Source of the DNA: an uncultured virus (IMG/VR IMGVR_UViG_3300042453_001749)
Taxonomy: Duplodnaviria; Heunggongvirae; Uroviricota; Caudoviricetes
Length of the DNA: 20,000 nt
Virus record (IMG/VR): IMGVR_UViG_3300042453_001749
Reading direction: 5' to 3' (one strand)
Every line of letters starts with the position of its first letter. The stretch's first letter is position 1. Below are positions 6,014 through 14,900 of this stretch, piece by piece. Below the pieces are notes generated by a model. It ran no database searches, was not told the origin of the DNA, and was given only the letters and a program-made list of their open reading frames with translations. Made by a program: the position numbers and the translations under genes.

Positions 6014-6036
6014 TGAGAAACGATAATGGAGGATTG

Positions 6037-7098
6037 ATGGTATCATCTACGCTTACAAAACCTATTCAACAAAAAGGTTGGTTTGATTTATTAGATGATT
6101 GGTTGAAAAGGGACAGATTTGTGTTTGTTGGATGGAGTGGATTACTACTATTCCCAACTGCTTATCTTGCTCTTGGTGGATGGTTGACTGGAACAACATT
6201 CGTCACAAGTTTTTATACACACGGTTTAGCATCAAGTTATTTGGAAGGTTGCAATTTTTTAACGTCTGCGGTAAGCACCCCAGCAGACGCTATGGGTCAT
6301 TCTCTTCTTCTACTTTGGGGTCCTGAGGCTCAAGGGGATATCGTCAGGTGGTTCCAACTTGGGGGACTCTGGACTTTTGTGGCGCTCCACGGGGCCTTTA
6401 GTCTGATTGGTTTTATGCTTCGCCAGTTTGAGATTGCACGACTCGTAGGAATTAGACCGTACAATGCTATCGCGTTTTCTGGGCCTATTGCTGTTTTTGT
6501 CAGTGTGTTTCTCATGTATCCACTCGGACAATCGAGTTGGTTCTTTGCGCCGAGTTTTGGTGTTGCAGCGATTTTTAGGTTCCTCCTATTCCTACAAGGT
6601 TTTCATAATTGGACACTCAACCCCTTTCACATGATGGGAGTTGCTGGTATACTGGGAGGAGCACTGCTCTGTGCAATTCATGGTGCTACCGTAGAAAACA
6701 CACTATTTGAAGACAGTGACCAATCAAACACCTTTAAAGCATTCGAACCAACCCAAGAAGAAGAGACCTATTCGATGGTCACTGCTAATCGGTTCTGGTC
6801 TCAAATATTCGGTATTGCTTTTTCTAACAAGCGTTGGCTTCACTTCTTTATGCTCTTTGTTCCCGTCATGGGACTCTGGACAAGTTCCATTGGAATCATT
6901 GGTCTTGCCCTCAATCTTCGTGCTTACGACTTTGTATCTCAGGAAATTCGTGCGGCAGAAGATCCAGAGTTTGAAACATTTTACACGAAAAATATTCTTC
7001 TGAATGAAGGTCTTCGTGCTTGGATGGCTCCAGTAGACCAACCTCATGAGAACTTTGTCTTTCCTGAAGAAATTTTGCCGAGAGGGAATGCCCTATAA
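6037..7098 (+). CDS. psbD: Photosystem II reaction centre protein D2
   Basis: Unambiguous D2 ([20 protein letters not shown]...LPRGNAL). Start reassigned to ATG 6037 after GGAGG (6028-6032), giving 353 aa. Confidence 0.99.
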   Translation: MVSSTLTKPIQQKGWFDLLDDWLKRDRFVFVGWSGLLLFPTAYLALGGWLTGTTFVTSFYTHGLASSYLEGCNFLTSAVSTPADAMGHSLLLLWGPEAQGDIVRWFQLGGLWTFVALHGAFSLIGFMLRQFEIARLVGIRPYNAIAFSGPIAVFVSVFLMYPLGQSSWFFAPSFGVAAIFRFLLFLQGFHNWTLNPFHMMGVAGILGGALLCAIHGATVENTLFEDSDQSNTFKAFEPTQEEETYSMVTANRFWSQIFGIAFSNKRWLHFFMLFVPVMGLWTSSIGIIGLALNLRAYDFVSQEIRAAEDPEFETFYTKNILLNEGLRAWMAPVDQPHENFVFPEEILPRGNAL

Positions 7099-7105
7099 AC
7101 TTACC

Positions 7106-7127
7106 AAGACCCTTCGGGGTCTTTTTT
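7106..7127 (+). terminator. Rho-independent terminator after psbD
   Basis: AAGACCC-TTCG-GGGTCTT + T-run (cUUCGg tetraloop). Confidence 0.9.
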
Positions 7128-7130
7128 CTT

Positions 7131-7343
7131 ATGAATAACTTTTTAGTAATAATCTACTTCACATTCTTCGCAGTCATCGCAGGAGGTGCTTTTGCGATGA
7201 TGTGGGCAAATGTCCAGTCCATCAATGAGGAAATGAGAAGACCAAAGAAACCTCAACATCCAGAAGCACCAAAAGAAGGTGATGAACTTTTATATGTTGA
7301 CCTCACCAAAGAAAGACTAGAAAATCTTTATAACGATAAGTAA
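7131..7343 (+). CDS. Small membrane protein, 70 aa (possibly DUF2973-like)
   Basis: N-terminal TM helix, then HPEAP..GDELLYVDL resembling the HPE...L motif of cyanobacterial DUF2973; family call tentative. Confidence 0.7.
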   Translation: MNNFLVIIYFTFFAVIAGGAFAMMWANVQSINEEMRRPKKPQHPEAPKEGDELLYVDLTKERLENLYNDK

Positions 7344-7408
7344 TGCTAACAATCCTCACAGCCTTCATAGCATTCGGAGTGCTCCTCTTTCTAATGTCTC
7401 TGATATAA
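7343..7408 (+). CDS. 21-aa hydrophobic microprotein, copy 1 (MLTILTAFIAFGVLLFLMSLI)
   Basis: TAATG coupling with the upstream gene; paralogue at 8408-8473 differs mostly by synonymous or conservative changes. Confidence 0.65.
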   Translation: MLTILTAFIAFGVLLFLMSLI

Positions 7409-7413
7409 TAGAA

Positions 7414-7421
7414 TATAAATA
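7414..7421 (+). promoter_or_regulatory. T4 late promoter TATAAATA
   Basis: Exact T4 gp55 consensus about 20 nt upstream of ATG 7442. Confidence 0.75.
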
Positions 7422-7441
7422 TCTAAGAAATATAATTTTTG

Positions 7442-8395
7442 ATGGAAGAACTTTCAGAATTATTTAAAATAGTTGCAGAAGAAAATAAAAAGAAAAAACT
7501 AGAGATAGAATCTTTAGTTGGTGATTCTTTTGAGACACTTTTTATTGAGCAACTGAAACCCAAAAAGAAAAAAATTATTCAAAAGAAAATACAAGAACCT
7601 CAAATTGTTGAAATAGTAGAAGTAAAAAAAGATACTTTAATAGAAAAATCATTAGGTTTATTATCTGAACCATCAGATACCAAACATAAGAATGATCCAC
7701 TCACACCACTCAATCAAAAGTTTGCAACACTTGATGATTTACAAAAACATTACAGCACTTTCCTTTCTCGTATTCAGCAACAACTCTCTACATTAGGTGG
7801 AGGTGGTGAAACTCAAATAAGATACTTGGACGATGTTGTAGGTGTTGCAACAAACTCAAGTGCTTATAATTCAAAATTTTTACAATGGGATTCTTCATCA
7901 AACAAGGCAGAGTTTGTTAATATCAATTCAGGAAATATTGTTGGTATTGTTACAGGATATTATGGAAGTTTTTATGATACCACAACACAAAATGTAGTAG
8001 GCGTCAATACATATCAACCATTTACAATCAATACGACTGATATATCAAATCAAGTATCAATAGCAAATAGTTCTCATATTGTCATTGCAAACTCTGGAAT
8101 ATATAATATTCAATTTTCTTTACAAATTGATAAGTCACAAGGTTCTCAAGCACACGTTTATATTTGGTTGAAAAAAAATGGGACAGATGTCCCAAATAGT
8201 GCAGGAGAAGTTTCAGTTCAGGGAACATCATCAGAAGCAATTGCTGCTTGGAATTATGTAGTATCTGCTTCTGCGAATGATTATTATGAACTTATGTGGA
8301 GTTCTACTGATATTCACGTTGAAATCAAAGCAAGGACTGCAAGTGGAGTTGTTCCTGCTATTCCATCAATCATTCTCACAGTAGTCTCTGTATAA
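7442..8395 (+). CDS. Putative late/virion protein with charged helical N-terminus and C1q/BclA-CTD-like beta C-terminal domain
   Basis: ATG 7442 (track starts at TTG 7439). N-terminal region ends in QQLSTLGGGGE; C-terminus has YGSFYD..SGIYNIQFSLQ..IWLKKNG..AAWNYVV..DYYELMW..SIILTV, a jelly-roll head pattern. Confidence 0.75.
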   Translation: MEELSELFKIVAEENKKKKLEIESLVGDSFETLFIEQLKPKKKKIIQKKIQEPQIVEIVEVKKDTLIEKSLGLLSEPSDTKHKNDPLTPLNQKFATLDDLQKHYSTFLSRIQQQLSTLGGGGETQIRYLDDVVGVATNSSAYNSKFLQWDSSSNKAEFVNINSGNIVGIVTGYYGSFYDTTTQNVVGVNTYQPFTINTTDISNQVSIANSSHIVIANSGIYNIQFSLQIDKSQGSQAHVYIWLKKNGTDVPNSAGEVSVQGTSSEAIAAWNYVVSASANDYYELMWSSTDIHVEIKARTASGVVPAIPSIILTVVSV

Positions 8396-8407
8396 TACAC
8401 AAGATAA

Positions 8408-8473
8408 ATGCTCACAATCCTCGCAGCATTCATAAGTTTCGGAGTGTTCCTCTTTCTGATGTCCCTACTATAA
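8408..8473 (+). CDS. 21-aa hydrophobic microprotein, copy 2 (MLTILAAFISFGVFLFLMSLL)
   Basis: 55/66 nt identical to 7343-7408 with the same start, length and stop. Confidence 0.65.
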   Translation: MLTILAAFISFGVFLFLMSLL

Positions 8474-8494
8474 AACCTCAAGGAGTATTACAAA

Positions 8495-9124
8495 ATGTCT
8501 TATTTGAATCATAACTTACCTGATTGGAGTTGTTATATTCGCAACGAATTTCTATATAATCACAAAAAAGGGCAAGGTGAAGTTACGAAATGTGATGTTC
8601 ACTCTGTCGCAAGTATGGAGAAACGAGTTCCATTATTCGAATGTTTTCTGGAGAATGGTGTAAACTGGACAAGAAGACCATTACATTCACTCTGCTGGAA
8701 ACCTGATGCAGAAATAGAACCTCTCAATCAAATCATGTATTGGGATTGCTTCTCTTCTTATGTGGATGTACAAAGAAGGAATCGTCTTGCTGGACTGAAA
8801 GCAGAACTTATTCGTCCTGATAATACTAAAGTTCAAGGTGATTATATGTTCACTCTTGACTGGGGATTTGAGAATAAGGGAATGACGGATTTTAATTACT
8901 CAGAAACTCCAGAACATAAATGTGCTCATTTGTTCAAGGTTGAAACTGGTAATTATTATGCATATCCAAATAATAGAATTATATGGTATGATAGTGCCTG
9001 GACATTCAATCGTATCCAGTCAAATCCAGGATATGAGATTGATACGAATTTGTATTCTGTAGAAAATACAAGAACCTTTGAGACTTCTGATCACTACATT
9101 TATCAAATCAAGGAAGGGATTTAG
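8495..9124 (+). CDS. Conserved phage hypothetical protein, 209 aa
   Basis: AGGAG RBS upstream; aromatic/Cys/His-rich globular sequence (YWDCFS, PEHKCAH, YAYPNNRIIW). No function recognised. Confidence 0.85.
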   Translation: MSYLNHNLPDWSCYIRNEFLYNHKKGQGEVTKCDVHSVASMEKRVPLFECFLENGVNWTRRPLHSLCWKPDAEIEPLNQIMYWDCFSSYVDVQRRNRLAGLKAELIRPDNTKVQGDYMFTLDWGFENKGMTDFNYSETPEHKCAHLFKVETGNYYAYPNNRIIWYDSAWTFNRIQSNPGYEIDTNLYSVENTRTFETSDHYIYQIKEGI

Positions 9125-9127
9125 TTG

Positions 9128-9244
9128 ATGATATCCTCAGAAACTCCATACAAACTCGTAGAGATTATTCACGATACTTGGCCCAATCTTTACAGACCAC
9201 CTGTTAGGAAACCCCAACCTAAAAGCGTACAGATTATATATTAA
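9128..9244 (+). CDS. 38-aa hypothetical protein (MISSETPYKLVEIIHDTWPNLYRPPVRKPQPKSVQIIY)
   Basis: Translated by hand; begins 3 nt after the upstream stop; resembles small cyanophage ORFs with an EII.DTWP.LY motif (from memory). Confidence 0.55.
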   Translation: MISSETPYKLVEIIHDTWPNLYRPPVRKPQPKSVQIIY

Positions 9245-9302
9245 GATAAACATTTTTTATATTCATTATAGATCTTCAAAAGATTATAAGCCACCCTCAG
9301 AT

Positions 9303-9309
9303 CTAAATA
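9303..9309 (+). promoter_or_regulatory. Putative late promoter CTAAATA
   Basis: 24 nt upstream of ATG 9334, at the head of the structural cluster. Confidence 0.6.
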
Positions 9310-9333
9310 ACTTTATAATAAAACATAAGATAG

Positions 9334-9669
9334 ATGGCTCCTGTAAATATTAACTTAACTATCGAGCAGGGATCAGATTATGAGGCAACTTTTACCATTA
9401 CGAATGATGATGGATCTGCATTAAATCTTACTGGATATACAGCAGAGGCAGAATTGAGAAAGCATTATGCTTCTACAAGTTCAAAATCATTTGCAATTGC
9501 ATTTGTTGATCGACTTGCTGGTGAAATAGCAGTATCGATGGCTAGCACTGTAACCTCTACATTGTCTGAGGGTAGGTATGTTTATGATATAGTCCTTACC
9601 TCCCCTACAAGTACAAAGTCTAGAGTTATTCAAGGCAATATAATAGTTAATCCTGGAGTTACATTATGA
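9334..9669 (+). CDS. Putative virion structural protein (Ig-like/BppU-N-like), 111 aa
   Basis: NLTIEQG..F..LNLTGY...GRYVYDI...RVIQG...PGVT pattern typical of small cyanomyovirus structural proteins. Confidence 0.8.
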   Translation: MAPVNINLTIEQGSDYEATFTITNDDGSALNLTGYTAEAELRKHYASTSSKSFAIAFVDRLAGEIAVSMASTVTSTLSEGRYVYDIVLTSPTSTKSRVIQGNIIVNPGVTL

Positions 9670-10373
9670 CTCATTATAATGTAAGATTATCATCACCATC
9701 AAAAAGAGTAACGGTTTCTCCTCCAACTAAGTATGATGTTGGAGTTAACTATGAAATTCCTACAAAGTCTTTACAATATAATAACATTATATTAGATGAT
9801 ATATCATCTGGATTTAATGGTATTGGAAAAACGTTTTCTTTATATGACGATGGTGCTGCATATACTCCAATAAATGATCAACAATTAATTGTTAGTCAAA
9901 ATAATATTATACTTGAACCAGAAGAGGATTATACTATATCTGGTTCAAGTATAATATTCACCACTTCCCCACAAGTTGGTGATGATGTTTGGATAGTTGC
10001 TCTTGTTACAACTGCAGATTTAACAAGAACTATTAATTTTTCATTTGATAGTGGATCTCTTGACTTAGTTCCAGGAGTTAAGGGGTCGATTACTCTTGAC
10101 GTAAGTGGAGTAATTGACTCTTGGAAAATATTTGCAGATCAAACTGGAACATTGGGAATCGATATTTTAAAATCAAATTACACAGATTTTCCAAATTTTG
10201 TTTCTATTGCTGGAACAGGGTCTTATCCAACTATTCTAAATACAAATAAGGGATTTGATGATACTTTAACTGGGTGGGACACTGCTATTAGGGCAGGAGA
10301 TATACTTAGATTTGAAGTAATCAATTCACTAAATATTAAAAGATTTCTTATATCACTCAAATTGATTTTGTAA
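9666..10373 (+). CDS. Putative virion structural protein, 235 aa
   Basis: ATGA coupling; LDDISSGFNG..F.L...PEEDYTISGSSIIF..P repeat-type domain plus a beta-rich C-terminal domain. Confidence 0.8.
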   Translation: MTHYNVRLSSPSKRVTVSPPTKYDVGVNYEIPTKSLQYNNIILDDISSGFNGIGKTFSLYDDGAAYTPINDQQLIVSQNNIILEPEEDYTISGSSIIFTTSPQVGDDVWIVALVTTADLTRTINFSFDSGSLDLVPGVKGSITLDVSGVIDSWKIFADQTGTLGIDILKSNYTDFPNFVSIAGTGSYPTILNTNKGFDDTLTGWDTAIRAGDILRFEVINSLNIKRFLISLKLIL

Positions 10374-10379
10374 TAAATA
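10372..10379 (+). promoter_or_regulatory. Late promoter AATAAATA
   Basis: NATAAATA box overlapping the upstream stop, before ATG 10419 (GGGAG RBS). Confidence 0.6.
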
Positions 10380-10418
10380 ACATTAGTAATCTAAAAAACG
10401 TAAACGGGAGAGCTTTAG

Positions 10419-11465
10419 ATGACACTCTTAGTTCCACAGATTGGTGAAATTGAGTCACTCCGTTATTTAGTCGGAGCAAATAATCATGTAACTGATCTAG
10501 AAAATACTTCACCAAGAAATTTAATTCTTAAACTTTTTAGAAGTGACACCAACGTTGCGGTTGGTGAAACTGGAGATCAGTTGACTCCATCAATCAATCA
10601 CTTCTTTGAACCATATGTAAACCAGGCAACCAGTTCATATGGTGAAGTAGTTGCTACTGGATATCCAACTTGCATCAATAACAGAACAGATCAAGATTAT
10701 ACCAACAACTATGGTATTCTCTTAAACGGATCACGTTGGACAATCCGCACTACTGGAACAGCGACTACTTCAACTTATCCAGAACAAACCTTCACCTTTA
10801 GCTCAGCAGCTGGTGATATTTACGGTTATTATCTTGCTAGAGCACAAAATATGCCTAGAAACGTTCAGGGTGTAGAAGGTGTTGGCGTTGGTACAACTGG
10901 AACAAAATGGGCTTTAGGAAATGATACTGATCCAACTATTGGTATTTTAGGTAACTTGTATGTTACTATTGATGCTCAAATTGGAATTGGATCAATTACT
11001 GTTGGTATGGCTGCAACTCACTTAGCACTTCCTGGTCAGCAAATCGGTATTCAAACTGGTACTAAGGTAGTTGGTATTGATCGTGCTACTCAACAAATTT
11101 ATCTTGATAAAGCACTAGAGGCAAACATTCAGGTTGCGACTGGATCAACTGTTCAGTTCTCTTACACTGAGATTCAAACCTTTGATAGTACAAGTGGACT
11201 AGCAACTGCTCATGGATTACAACCAGGAGATGTACTCTTTATTGGTACAAGAGGAGCTGCTGTTTCTGGTATTACCACTGGTACTTATACAGTTCATACC
11301 GTACCAACAACGACCAAGTTTACAACCACACCTGCAATGGCTGGAGTTGGTACTTGCACGTTGTTCCCTTCAGTGTTCTATGCTGAAACCTTCACAAATG
11401 GTCCTTACAACATTCAAAACAATGGCGACCAAATCAAAGTTACTCTAAACGTCTCCCTTGAGTAA
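10419..11465 (+). CDS. Putative virion structural protein, 348 aa
   Basis: Thr/Gly-rich and beta-rich; late promoter and RBS upstream, terminator downstream, consistent with an abundant structural gene. Contains an HGL..GD insert motif. Confidence 0.8.
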   Translation: MTLLVPQIGEIESLRYLVGANNHVTDLENTSPRNLILKLFRSDTNVAVGETGDQLTPSINHFFEPYVNQATSSYGEVVATGYPTCINNRTDQDYTNNYGILLNGSRWTIRTTGTATTSTYPEQTFTFSSAAGDIYGYYLARAQNMPRNVQGVEGVGVGTTGTKWALGNDTDPTIGILGNLYVTIDAQIGIGSITVGMAATHLALPGQQIGIQTGTKVVGIDRATQQIYLDKALEANIQVATGSTVQFSYTEIQTFDSTSGLATAHGLQPGDVLFIGTRGAAVSGITTGTYTVHTVPTTTKFTTTPAMAGVGTCTLFPSVFYAETFTNGPYNIQNNGDQIKVTLNVSLE

Positions 11466-11508
11466 TAAATAGTTTATATTGTAATGATACCAATCTAAGG
11501 AAATATTG

Positions 11509-11534
11509 GGGATTGCTTAGCAATCCCTTTTTTT
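11509..11534 (+). terminator. Rho-independent terminator
   Basis: GGGATTGC-TTA-GCAATCCC followed by T7. Confidence 0.85.
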
Positions 11535-11555
11535 CTGAAGAAAGAGGCAAGTAGA

Positions 11556-11933
11556 ATGCATCAAATCTTTTACTATAATTCGTTCTTAGGCGTCTATCAT
11601 CTTCAAGAGGATTATGGATCTATAGATTCTCCTCCAGATGAGATGGAAGATGCTGGCGCGTTGGAAGATCCTGTTGAGTACGATGCAGAAGAAAATATCT
11701 TAACTCCAAAGCAAATCAAAAATTCTTGCACTCTATTCAAAGCAAGAGGAAAATCTAAGTCTACGTTCAAACCATCTAACTTTATTGAGTATGATGATTT
11801 GAATACTGATGATATAATTTTCTGTGGAATTATTTTAACATGGATTGGATTTGGTACGGTATTTGAGTTAGATAATGGATCTGAAAGGATCACATCTCCA
11901 TATCTATCTTCGGGGACAGTACGATGGCTCTGA
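11556..11933 (+). CDS. Hypothetical acidic protein sharing the EDYGSI motif with the downstream giant protein, 125 aa
   Basis: YYN..QEDYGSIDSPPDEMEDAG resembles the acidic module of 11924-18481; 10-nt overlap with that gene. Confidence 0.7.
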   Translation: MHQIFYYNSFLGVYHLQEDYGSIDSPPDEMEDAGALEDPVEYDAEENILTPKQIKNSCTLFKARGKSKSTFKPSNFIEYDDLNTDDIIFCGIILTWIGFGTVFELDNGSERITSPYLSSGTVRWL

Positions 11934-14900
11934 AGATATATCTCTATCCAAGTATTTTTAGCAGCGAAGATTGGGGACTGGTAACATCCCAATCGGTTGA
12001 GTCTGTAGATCTTGGTCAGGTCTCTACGAATAATACTGATCAAGAAGACTACGGACTTGTTACTACTACAACAGATATTCCAGAAGATAAAGGTCAAGCA
12101 GATTATAGCGGTATCTCTACAGCAACCCGCACTTTTGACTACAATGAATCTTCCGTAGGAACTACGTTCACCGTTGATGATTATGGTGCTGACCTAGTTT
12201 CTACACCTTCTTATGAAGATTATGGTTCTATTGAAAATGTTGTAACTGAAGAAGATGATTATGGAAATGTATCAAGTTATTCTTCCAACTTAACTCCTTT
12301 TGGATCCTTTAGTGCATTATCTGGATCTGCCGTTGTATTTGGTGCTAACCCACCAGATCAAGATCTTATTATCACGATTTCTGGATCTGCGGTAGAGAAG
12401 AATACCGAATCCTATGTTGGTGTAGGAACCTTTAGTGTTTCTGGTTCTGCTATTGAAAGATTTAATCCCTCCTATGTTGGTACAGGAGTTGTTGCATCAT
12501 CTGATGCTCTTATTGAAAGAGTTTCCTATGACTACAATGAGCAATCAATTCTTCTTTATCAATCGCCAGAAGATTTTGGTGGTATTAGCACATCAGTAAC
12601 CATAATTGATGATTATGGTTCTATTGCAGATTCTAGTAGCGCCCAAGATACTTATGGTTCTATAGGAGTTTCTTCTGATCGTTATCCTTTTGGAACCATT
12701 GTTATTTCTGGTCAAGGTGAATTTGTAAGAGAAGTTTTAAACATTCATATTGGATCTGGAACTATTGAAGTTTCTGGAATTGCAATAGAGAAGAACACTG
12801 AATCCTATGTTGGCGTAGGAACCTTTAGTGCGTTCAGTGGATCTGCAGAAGTTTTTGGTGCGAATCCTCCAGATAAAGATGTTACCATTACGATTTCTGG
12901 ATCTGCAGTAGAGAAAAACACTGAATCTTACGTTGGCGTAGGAACCTTTAATGCTTCTGGATCATCAGTAGAAAGAAACACTGAATCCTATGTTGGTGTA
13001 GGAACCTTTAATGCTTCTGGGTCTCTTGTTGAAAGAAATACTTTCTCTTATGTTGGTGTAGGAACCTTTAGTGCATTTGGTGGAGCAGCAGAGGTCTACG
13101 GTGCGAACCCACCAGACAATGATGTTACCATTACAATCTCTGGTGAGAAAGTTGAAAGAAGAACTTATAGTTACAACGAACTTGCAGTAAATTCTGCATT
13201 TAGTGTTGATGATTATGGTGCGGATCTAGTAACTGTTCCTCCTTATGAAGATTATGGTTCGATTGAAAATTCTGTAACTGAAGAAGATGATTATGGAAAT
13301 GTATCTTCCTCACAATCTGAGAGTCCATTCGGTCTCTTTGTTATTTCTGGAGATGCAATAACAACCAGAGAAGTTGAAAATATTCATATTGGATCTGGAA
13401 CCATTGAAGTTTCTGGATCATTAGTAGAAAGAAACACTGAATCTTATGTCGGTGTAGGAACCTTTAGTGTTTCTGGATCTCTTGATATTGTTAATACATT
13501 TGTTTATATTGGTGTTGGAACCTTTAGTGCGTTCAGTGGATCTGCAGAAGTTTTTGGTGCGAATCCTCCAGATAAAGATGTTACTATTACGATTTCTGGA
13601 TCAGCAATAGAGAAGAATACAGAATCCTATGTTGGTGTAGGAACCTTTAGTGTTTCTGGATCAGCAGTAGAGAAGAATACCGAATCCTATATTGGTGTAG
13701 GAACCTTTAGTGCATTTGGTGGAGCAGCGGAGGTCTACGGTGCAAACCCACCAGATAATGATGTTCTTATTACGATCTCTGGTGAGAAGATTGAAAGAAG
13801 AACCTATAGTTACAATGAACTCGTTGTAGATTCTACATTTACTACCGATGATTACGGTGCGGATCTAGTTTCCACACCTCTTTATGAAGACTATGGTTCG
13901 ATTGAAAATTCTGTAACTGAAGAAGATGATTATGGAAATGTAACTTCTTCACAGTCAGGAAGTCCATTCGGTCTATTCAATATTAGTGGGTCTGTAGATG
14001 AGCAATTCTTTGGTGCTAAGATTCAAATAGGTTCTGGATCTATTGAAGTTTCTGGATCATTAGTAGAAAGAAACACTGAATCTTATGTCGGTGTAGGAAC
14101 CTTCAGTGCCTTTAGTGGATCTGCAGAATCGTTTGGTCCTAATCCACCAGACCAAGATCTTGTTATTACAATCTCTGGAGAGAAAATCGAAAGAGTATCT
14201 AGATCTTATGTTGGTCTTGGAACCTTTAGTTCCTTTGGTGGTTCTTCTATTGTATTTGGCGCTAATCCTCCAGATAAAGATGTTACTATCACAATCTCTG
14301 GTGAAAAGGTAGAAAGAACTCTAAGATCCTATGTTGGCGTAGGAACCTTCAGTGCATTCTCTGGTTCTGCTGAAGTCTTTGGTGCAAATCCTCCAGACAA
14401 TGATGTTACTATTACAATTTCTGGCGAGAAAGTTGAAAGAAGAACCTATAGTTATAATGAACTCGCTGTAGATTCGACATTTAGTGTTGATGATTACGGT
14501 GCGGATCTAGTTTCCACACCTCTTTATGAAGACTATGGTTCGATTGAAAATTCTGTAACTGAAGAAGATGATTATGGAAATGTAACTTCTTCACAGTCAG
14601 GAAGTCCATTCGGTCTATTTGTTATTTCTGGAGATGCAATAACAACCAGAGAAGTTGAAAATATTCATATTGGATCTGGAACTATTGAAGTTTCTGGATC
14701 TCTCATAGAGAAAAATACAGAATCCTATGTTGGTGTAGGAACTTTCAACGCTTCTGGATCTCTTGGTATTGTTAATACATTTGTTTATATTGGTCTTGGA
14801 ACCTTTAGTTCCTTTGGTGGTTCTTCTATTGTATTTGGTGCGAATCCACCAGAAAATGACGTTACCATTACGATCTCTGGTGAAAAGGTAGAAAGAACTT

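Noticed and set aside
5980..6036. 19-aa N-terminal extension of D2 in the ORF track
   Set aside because: The TTG is the -35 box; GGAGG + ATG 6037 gives a normal-length D2.
6099..7047. Overlapping ORFs inside psbD on both strands
   Set aside because: Fully nested in a highly conserved gene; no independent support.
4360..7098. Group I intron in psbA or psbD
   Set aside because: Both reading frames are continuous and of normal length.
4360..7098. Cyanobacterial chromosome or plastid origin
   Set aside because: psbD is not followed by psbC; psbA-endonuclease-psbD adjacency, T4 late boxes and tail fibre genes indicate a cyanophage.
11612..12097. 161-aa minus-strand ORF
   Set aside because: Antisense to two coupled plus-strand genes; no motif or expression signals.
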